DNA of 64,000 nucleotides from an uncultured bacterium (GTDB lineage Bacteria; Chlamydiota; Chlamydiia; Chlamydiales; VGMA01): NCBI GenBank assembly GCA_964655475.1, contig CAZZMO010000003.1, positions 84,453 to 148,452 of the forward strand, read 5' to 3'. Shown piece by piece: positions 57,801 to 64,000 of this stretch (position 1 is its first letter; each line of letters starts with the position of its first letter). The notes under the pieces were generated by a model. It saw only the letters and a program-made list of their open reading frames with translations, ran no database searches and was not told where the DNA came from. The position numbers and the translations under genes were made by a program.

Positions 57801-58855
57801 GAGGGTAATAGAGGAAGGAGGAACTCTTTGAGCTCTTCGCTAGCAATAGGTTCTTTTGCCTTGTATTGAGCGATCGCTTTCATTCCCCATTCAGGGTCAG
57901 GGGTCCCTCTGACACTCGCAAATTCAATTGCAGGATGGCCGAGAAGTGCCTTCTCAATTTCTTCTGGATGTATGTTTTCCCCTCCACTGATGAACATCCG
58001 ATCCTTTCTTCCTAGGATTTGAAGCCCCTTTTCATCATATGTTCCTAAATCTTTCGTTCGAAACCATTGATGCGGACTCACTTCTTCATGGAGATAGCCT
58101 GAAAAGAGCGTTTTGCCCCTTACCAAAATTTCTCCTGTTTCATCGACCATGATTTCCCTTCCTTCAAGGGGATGACCTAACGATAAAAAGGTGTCCAGAG
58201 GGGAAAAAGAGTGAGTGGTGATTTGAGAGCACATCTCAGTCATCCCATAACTTGGGAATAGATGGACATCACGAGCTGATGCTCGTTGACAAAAGGAGTG
58301 GGAAATGGGGGCTCCTCCTAAAAGAACTTTCACATCAGAGAGCTCAGGAAGACGAAATAGCTGTGTCGGTACGAGAGAAAGATGTGTAGGCTTTAGAGAT
58401 CGCCAATCATCTAGGAGGACAGTAGATTCATGAAGGTGAGCGCGAAGAAGGATCATGATCCCTGCAATGTGATTGAGGGGCAACGTCAGAGGAAGCCGGC
58501 TTTCAATTGTAAGATCCCACTTAATATGGTTATGAGAGGCGCTGTAAAAGAGGCTTTCTCGACTCAGTTTTGCAATCTTTGCCTCTCCGCTGGTACCAGA
58601 TGTGAGAAGAAGTAAAAAAGGGCCCTCTACAGGATGCGACATGAGCTTTTTTGAGATTTCTTCAACCTTTTTTTCAGGCATCTCTTGAGGAAGAAGGCAA
58701 AGGGATCTTCCTTTTTTGAGAGAGGAGAAGATTTTAACGATCGTAGATAGGGAAGAGTCTACTTTTAAAAGAGGCTCATTAAATGTAGAGGCCTCGACCA
58801 TTCGATCGAACTCTTTTCGAGACAAAGATTCTTTTATACTAAGGAAGGCTGGCAT
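57731..58855 (-). CDS. menE: O-succinylbenzoate-CoA ligase (short form)
   Basis: 374 aa with AMP-binding motifs LTSGTSGEAK (res 85-93), SYGMTE, and the C-terminal YKIPKEF...SSGKG lysine. Operon context supports the call. Confidence 0.8.
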   Translation of the reverse strand: MPAFLSIKESLSRKEFDRMVEASTFNEPLLKVDSSLSTIVKIFSSLKKGRSLCLLPQEMPEKKVEEISKKLMSHPVEGPFLLLLTSGTSGEAKIAKLSRESLFYSASHNHIKWDLTIESRLPLTLPLNHIAGIMILLRAHLHESTVLLDDWRSLKPTHLSLVPTQLFRLPELSDVKVLLGGAPISHSFCQRASARDVHLFPSYGMTEMCSQITTHSFSPLDTFLSLGHPLEGREIMVDETGEILVRGKTLFSGYLHEEVSPHQWFRTKDLGTYDEKGLQILGRKDRMFISGGENIHPEEIEKALLGHPAIEFASVRGTPDPEWGMKAIAQYKAKEPIASEELKEFLLPLLPSYKIPKEFIFSLTSSGKGMGSLV

Positions 58856-59742
58856 GAGACGAGAAGATTCTTTTGCACGGGCATATTGTTATAGGTTTCA
58901 GGATCGAGGATGAGGTGATCTTCCTCTCTTTGAAACGGGACTTCAATCAATGGTTCAAACGGGGTATCGATTCCAATTGGAGTTTTGATCTCGAGGGTGT
59001 AAGCGAGGCGCATGATGTGGATGAGCCCGACGCCTGTTTCCATGGCGCTCGTCAGCCTGATGGGGATTCCTAATTTTTGAATATTTCTGATTGTGAGAGA
59101 ATTTCCGATCAACGTAGGTTTAATCACGATAGTATGGATCGCTGGACTGGGTACAAAAGTTTTCAAAGAGAAGAGTTCATCGATGTGGAACGGAAAACCT
59201 GTTTCGCTATAGAGCTCTTCTAGATCATCGATCGAATGGGTCGGATCTTCTAACCCATCGAAATCAACAGGGGAAAACTCTTTTCGAAGAGCCAAAATTT
59301 CCTCTTTTGTCCATCTCATATTGAAATCGAGGATGAGCCTTTTTCCTTTTTTGAGAAAGGTTTCTACCAGGAGAATGGTCTCTTTCCAGGTGAGATCTGT
59401 AGTTTTTAATTTGACCTGTGAGCAGGGAGTATCAATTTCTCTACCATAAGAAAGAGCTGTGTAGGGAAGAGAAATGGGGGTTGTTAGCGGACTTTGGACA
59501 GCAGTTAATACCGATTCCATTCCAAACGAGACAGATGGAGGGAGGGGAAAGGGGGAAAAAGAGGCGTGGATGAACTGTTCTTGGAGTTTAAAAAGTGCAA
59601 ATAGAGCCTCTTGCTTTGATTCAGGAGAGCGTCCAACTAGTGGAGATGTTTCCCCATAACTGATCCTTCCTGTTTCATCTTGCATTTCTAAGATGAACCC
59701 TTTCTTCTCAAAGGCATAAACTTTAAAGGATCGTATTTTCAT
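58834..59742 (-). CDS. menC: o-Succinylbenzoate synthase (enolase superfamily)
   Basis: Start trimmed to [11 protein letters not shown] (ATG 59742, in an ATGA overlap with the menA stop). It has the KxK motif (VKLK), metal ligands in ILDFN, GLEDP and HIDE, and a second Lys in VIKPT. Confidence 0.75.
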   Translation of the reverse strand: MKIRSFKVYAFEKKGFILEMQDETGRISYGETSPLVGRSPESKQEALFALFKLQEQFIHASFSPFPLPPSVSFGMESVLTAVQSPLTTPISLPYTALSYGREIDTPCSQVKLKTTDLTWKETILLVETFLKKGKRLILDFNMRWTKEEILALRKEFSPVDFDGLEDPTHSIDDLEELYSETGFPFHIDELFSLKTFVPSPAIHTIVIKPTLIGNSLTIRNIQKLGIPIRLTSAMETGVGLIHIMRLAYTLEIKTPIGIDTPFEPLIEVPFQREEDHLILDPETYNNMPVQKNLLVSCQPSLV

Positions 59743-60605
59743 AGTGACCAGCCCATGCAAAAGAGGAATGTATAAGCCATCAGAAGAGCTGCTGTCTGAG
59801 GGAGGGGGCAAGTGTCCACTTTTCTAATGAGAAAGAGAGCTGGGATCGTGAGGGCTAAAGTGATGAGAGAGTAGTAGTGACCACTAGTTAAGTAGACGAG
59901 AAGGGGAGAGACGAACATTGCTCCCATAAGAGCTAGCCCATACTCTAAGCGGCCAGCCATCTTGCCAAAACGGACAGGGATGGTCTTTTTTCCAGAGATT
60001 TGATCCTCATCCACATCGCGAAGATTGGCAACTGCTAAAATCGCAGTGGAAAGGAGACCAGGTGCAAGCCCTGCAATGAATGGAATCCATGACATACTCC
60101 CCACTTGTAAATAGTAGGTGAGCAATACTGCGATGGGGCCAAAAAAGAGAAAAACGATCGGATCTCCAAGGCCTGTGTAAGCAAGAGCGTAGCGCCCTTT
60201 TGTATAACCCACCCCAATTACGGGGGCGAGGCATGCTGAGAGAAAAATAGGCCACCCACCTACGTAGGCGAGATACATAGAAAAAATGAAAGCGACGACA
60301 AAAGTGGAGATCGTGGCACATTTCATTTCCTCTAGAGAGAGAAGACCGAGATGGAGCCCTCTCATCGGCCCTTTTTCTCTTCTCTGATCACTCCCTTTGA
60401 GGTGATCGTAATAATCATTTGCAAAATTCGTGCCAATCTGGACTAGAACTGCCGTGTAGAGAGTGATTAAAAAAAGGGGTAATGAAAAAAGGGGGTGAGG
60501 AAGCGCTAAAGCGCCTCCAATCAAGACAGGAGACGCCGAAGCGATGAGTGTTTTAGGGCGGGTAGTGATCGTCCACACAAGAGCTTTTTGCATTAAGGTC
60601 TCCAA
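59739..60605 (-). CDS. menA: 1,4-dihydroxy-2-naphthoate polyprenyltransferase
   Basis: 288 aa, ~8 TM, with the UbiA-family motif [14 protein letters not shown]. Confidence 0.9.
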   Translation of the reverse strand: METLMQKALVWTITTRPKTLIASASPVLIGGALALPHPLFSLPLFLITLYTAVLVQIGTNFANDYYDHLKGSDQRREKGPMRGLHLGLLSLEEMKCATISTFVVAFIFSMYLAYVGGWPIFLSACLAPVIGVGYTKGRYALAYTGLGDPIVFLFFGPIAVLLTYYLQVGSMSWIPFIAGLAPGLLSTAILAVANLRDVDEDQISGKKTIPVRFGKMAGRLEYGLALMGAMFVSPLLVYLTSGHYYSLITLALTIPALFLIRKVDTCPLPQTAALLMAYTFLFCMGWSL

Positions 60606-61435
60606 GGGAATTGTGAGAAGTCGGGAGCTCTTTTCTCAAGATAAGCTTGATGCCCTTCCTGAGCCTCTTCTGACATGTAGTAGAGAAGCGTTGCATTTCC
60701 TGCAAGTTCTTGAAGACCAATCTCTCCATCACAATCTGCATTGAGAGCTGATTTTAAGCAGCGCAGTGCTAGTGGTGAGTGGCGTAAGATCTGTTGACAC
60801 CATTCGATCGTTGTTTTTTCGAGTTCTTCAAGAGGGACCACTTTATTGACAAGACCCATTTCAAAGGCCTCGTTTGCAGTGTATTGTCTGCAAAGATACC
60901 AGATCTCTCTTGCTTTCTTTTGTCCCACAATCCGGGCGAGGTAACTCGAACCAAGACCTCCATCAAAAGAGCCTACGCGTGGACCCACCTGACCGAAGAT
61001 TGCATTATCTGCAGCGATCGTGAGATCACACACTACGTGAAGGACATGCCCTCCGCCAATCGCGTAACCTGCGACCATGGCAATCACTGGTTTTGGGCAG
61101 GTGCGGATTTGCCTTTGAAAATCTAATACATTTAAACTTTGGCTTCCATCGAGGTCAGCATAGCCACCCTCCTTGCGCACCTTTTGATCTCCACCTGAAC
61201 AGAAAGCTTCGTTTCCAGCACCTGTCAAGATGATGACCCCGATTGTAGAATCTTGTCTTGCATCTTCTAGAGCAATCGACATCTCTTTTACCGTTTTTGG
61301 ACGAAAGGCGTTTCTCACCTGAGGACGATTAATCGTAATTTTGGCCATACCAGCAGATTTTTCGTAGAGAATATCGTCAAAAACGTGGTGGCTTGATTCC
61401 CAACCAGTAAAAGAGGAAGGTTCTGTTTTAAGCAT
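60593..61435 (-). CDS. menB: 1,4-dihydroxy-2-naphthoyl-CoA synthase
   Basis: 280 aa crotonase fold; [16 protein letters not shown] and [18 protein letters not shown] are MenB signatures. Confidence 0.95.
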   Translation of the reverse strand: MLKTEPSSFTGWESSHHVFDDILYEKSAGMAKITINRPQVRNAFRPKTVKEMSIALEDARQDSTIGVIILTGAGNEAFCSGGDQKVRKEGGYADLDGSQSLNVLDFQRQIRTCPKPVIAMVAGYAIGGGHVLHVVCDLTIAADNAIFGQVGPRVGSFDGGLGSSYLARIVGQKKAREIWYLCRQYTANEAFEMGLVNKVVPLEELEKTTIEWCQQILRHSPLALRCLKSALNADCDGEIGLQELAGNATLLYYMSEEAQEGHQAYLEKRAPDFSQFPWRP

Positions 61436-62060
61436 GATGACTCCTATGGATAAAAGTTTCTATGAGCTTTGCAACCTCTCGAGGCTTTTCTAAATGGACT
61501 GCATGAGATGCGTCAGATAAGACCTTGACTTCAGCTTGAGGGTAGATCGATTGGAGCTTTTCACCAATTTTTCGATATTTGAGATCTTTTTCTCCCACGA
61601 TGTAGAGAAAAGGGATTTCGATCTTGTTCCAAAATGAGGCCTGCGTTGTTAAACTGAAGTCGAGAAAATCTCTTTTGATCTCTTCTTTCGAGAGGGAAAA
61701 CCTCTCTTTGGGGATCTCTTTGAGAGTGTTAAAAAGGGGAAGGGAGTACCAGAGTTCGAGGAATCTTGTGAGAGATTCTTGTTCAAGTATTCTGAGCCAA
61801 TGAGCTTCAAATCGACGCCTCTCTTCTATTTCCTCTTGAGTTTCTAATCCTGGATGGGAGGCAATCAAGATGAGTTTTTTCGCTTTTAATGACTGAAATA
61901 GAGAAAGACCTTTTCTTCCCCCCTTAGAATAGCCGATCACCACATCAGCTGCTTCCGCGGACTGGAAAGAATATTCATAGTTTTTCTGAAACGCAATGAT
62001 GACACTTTTCCAATCAGAGGGGGATCCTAAAAATCCGTGGAGGAACAAGAGTCGTTTCAT
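61428..62060 (-). CDS. menH: Alpha/beta hydrolase, candidate SHCHC synthase (compact)
   Basis: 210 aa with LFLHGFLGS, a GYSKG nucleophile elbow and a C-terminal SHAVHLEKP histidine, between menD and menB. The function call relies on context. Confidence 0.6.
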   Translation of the reverse strand: MKRLLFLHGFLGSPSDWKSVIIAFQKNYEYSFQSAEAADVVIGYSKGGRKGLSLFQSLKAKKLILIASHPGLETQEEIEERRRFEAHWLRILEQESLTRFLELWYSLPLFNTLKEIPKERFSLSKEEIKRDFLDFSLTTQASFWNKIEIPFLYIVGEKDLKYRKIGEKLQSIYPQAEVKVLSDASHAVHLEKPREVAKLIETFIHRSHHA

Positions 62061-62063
62061 ACG

Positions 62064-63815
62064 TTACTTCAACAAATCTCGATAAAATGTTTTGAGCGAT
62101 GACTTAGTTTTCATTTGTTTTGCAAGATACCCGTCGATTGAGAGGAGATATTCATGATTTTTTGTCGTATCTGAGAGCACTTCGATGATGAGAGGGGTTT
62201 TTCTTGTCGGTACATTCTTCATGATCTCTCTGAATTCATGGAGAGTATCTACTTTTGTATAATCGATAGAAAAAGCAGCTGCAAAGGGAGCTACATGAAA
62301 CGCATGGGGCGCAGTAAAACACTTTTCAAAGAGATCTTTCTGCTTGATCACAGGGAGGAAGGAGAAGATCCCACAACCAAAGTTATTGAGGACAATCAAG
62401 GTGAAGGGGAGAGAGGTATTCGTGAGCATCGCGAGGGAGTTCATATCATGGAGAAACGTTTGGTCTCCAATCGTACAAACCATAGGGACATCGAGCGCTT
62501 TAGTGATTCCAATCGCCTGAGCGATATTGCCATCAATTCCTGAAGCGCCTCTCGTCGCAAAAACCCGTCCAGCTCTCTCTCTTGGATGAAAATAACCATC
62601 AGCGTAACGGATGGGTAGAGAAGTCCCAAAAAAGAAGTGAGTATCAGCCCTTGCGAGCTCTCCTAAAGCGTGAACAGCAATTACCTCTTCGATTTTTTCT
62701 GCCGAGTCAAAGAAATCAGTGAGATACTCTTCGATTCTTAGTGAATGTTCTTTCCAGAGACCGAGCCATAAGTTTGGTGTCGATCCTTTGAGCATGGGAA
62801 GGATTTTCTTTGCAAATAGTGCAGGACTGCACTCGAGCCTATGGGAGACTTTATGATGAAAATCGACAATCTTTTGAGGCGAAACATGAACATATGCTGC
62901 AGGGGAAAGTTCTCCAATCCAATCTTGAAGCGTTCCTGAAACATATTGATCGCCTAAGTGGAGAATCACCTGAGGTTTAAGCGCTGTTTTTGCGTCTGTG
63001 TTTTTTAGGATCGAGTTGTAGTAAGGAATAGAAGAGCTTGACTGTCCAATATTTCTCAAATTCGAAGTGGGGTCAGCAAAAAGGGGCCACTGGAGTTTTA
63101 ATGAGAGAGTAAAGATCTCCTCCAAATGCTCTTCTTCATCCAACTTTCCTACAAGGATAATCCCTTTTTCATGCTGGGAGAGGAGGTTGGCTAATGTTCT
63201 AAGGGAGCTCTCATGAGGCTCTTGAACAGAAGGAAGCCAGGTAGTGTGGGCGTAAGGTTCGAGTTCAGGCTGGTAGAGGGTGTCTCCACAGAGGGGTTTT
63301 CGGTACATACAGTTCATCAATACAGGCCCAGGCTTTGGTAGCAGTGATTGATGAAAAGCTTTAGAGGCTGCACTTTTGACAAAGTTGATATCTGTTTCAG
63401 GTGAGGGAGGGGGGATGATCCACTCACCTCGAAGATAAGAGCCAAACATTCTGATTTGATCGATCGTTTGGTTATTGCCCACCTGTAAGAGTTCAAAAGG
63501 ACGATCCGCCGCTAAGATCAGAAGAGGTACTTCATCCATGCTCGATTCGATGATCGCAGGATAAAGATTGCCAACAGCAGTTCCCGATGTCACGATGATT
63601 GCAGCGGGACGTTTTTTCCCTCGAGCAAATCCAAGAGCTGCAAAACCGAGCCCTCTTTCATCAAAATGGATGTGAGTTTTGGTAAGGGGATGTCTTTCAG
63701 CTGCTAATACTAAAGGAGTTGAACGAGACCCCGGGGCAATAAAGAAGTCGCGCACCTCTTGGTGTACTAGCTCTTTGATGAGCGCGTGAGTCCACTCTTC
63801 GTTGCAATTCTGCAT
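62064..63815 (-). CDS. menD: SEPHCHC synthase (2-succinyl-5-enolpyruvyl-6-hydroxy-3-cyclohexene-1-carboxylate synthase)
   Basis: 583 aa ThDP enzyme: FIAPGSRSTPL, the GTAVGNLYPAIIES glutamate, and the ThDP motif GDQTFLHDMNSL...NN. Confidence 0.93.
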   Translation of the reverse strand: MQNCNEEWTHALIKELVHQEVRDFFIAPGSRSTPLVLAAERHPLTKTHIHFDERGLGFAALGFARGKKRPAAIIVTSGTAVGNLYPAIIESSMDEVPLLILAADRPFELLQVGNNQTIDQIRMFGSYLRGEWIIPPPSPETDINFVKSAASKAFHQSLLPKPGPVLMNCMYRKPLCGDTLYQPELEPYAHTTWLPSVQEPHESSLRTLANLLSQHEKGIILVGKLDEEEHLEEIFTLSLKLQWPLFADPTSNLRNIGQSSSSIPYYNSILKNTDAKTALKPQVILHLGDQYVSGTLQDWIGELSPAAYVHVSPQKIVDFHHKVSHRLECSPALFAKKILPMLKGSTPNLWLGLWKEHSLRIEEYLTDFFDSAEKIEEVIAVHALGELARADTHFFFGTSLPIRYADGYFHPRERAGRVFATRGASGIDGNIAQAIGITKALDVPMVCTIGDQTFLHDMNSLAMLTNTSLPFTLIVLNNFGCGIFSFLPVIKQKDLFEKCFTAPHAFHVAPFAAAFSIDYTKVDTLHEFREIMKNVPTRKTPLIIEVLSDTTKNHEYLLSIDGYLAKQMKTKSSLKTFYRDLLK

Positions 63816-63895
63816 ACAGCGCTTTCCCTTCTGAATACGAGGTCGTTACAATAACAATTCTCGTAAAAAGATGCATCTTTTTTCTTTAGAGAGGG

Positions 63896-64000
63896 CTAAT
63901 AGTCGACTAATTCTTCTATAACAATAGGAGCGGACTTTTTGGGAGCGTATTTCGTGATAATTTCAGTCAACACTTGAGGAGTGATAGGCTTTTTGTAAGC
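63896..64000 (-). CDS. 3' end of an unidentified ORF (N-terminus outside the window)
   Basis: Hand translation of the reverse strand reads ...AYKKPITPQVLTEIITKYAPKKSAPIVIEELVDY then TAG (complement of 63896-98). It is open to the window edge and too short to identify. The tail does not look like a MenF C-terminus. Confidence 0.3.
   Translation of the reverse strand, partial: AYKKPITPQVLTEIITKYAPKKSAPIVIEELVDY

Overview
This is a 64-kb chromosomal window from a member of the phylum Chlamydiae. Several blocks match micro-synteny I know from Chlamydia: tRNA-Thr-tuf-tRNA-Trp-secE-nusG-rplKAJL-rpoBC; the V-type ATPase operon atpE-DUF2764-atpA-B-D-I-K; pknD-valS; ruvB/dcd; glgX/slc1; yidC-dnaA; and a CNNM pair next to nifS and PP2C. 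The window also carries a tightly coupled classical menaquinone operon (menD-H-B-A-C-E plus a convergent hotdog thioesterase). By inference this points to an environmental, amoeba-associated chlamydial lineage rather than Chlamydiaceae. I support about 60 protein genes, 2 tRNAs and several intrinsic terminators. I saw no rRNA, CRISPR, transposase, integrase or phage genes. Most of the window is core housekeeping DNA packed into operons with 1-22-nt overlaps. Lineage-specific material sits in short islands: a 3'-truncated Inc-like membrane protein at the left edge; a Cys/His-rich 127-aa ORF; two small signal-peptide/TM-anchor ORFs; a TPR-like repeat protein; and an acidic 210-aa ORF. The best lead is an AT-rich, translationally coupled pair of paralogous effector-like ORFs (36243-38050). 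Their only conserved block carries a eukaryotic PP1-docking-type RVxF-x5-hydrophobic-hydrophobic signature. A 24-bp inverted repeat containing the stop codons of two convergent genes (45380-45466) and a repeat-rich dnaA upstream region also merit checking. I found no convincing multi-gene novel system (defence, toxin-antitoxin or secretion apparatus). All functional calls rest on my reading of the translated ORFs and remembered family motifs; no searches were run.
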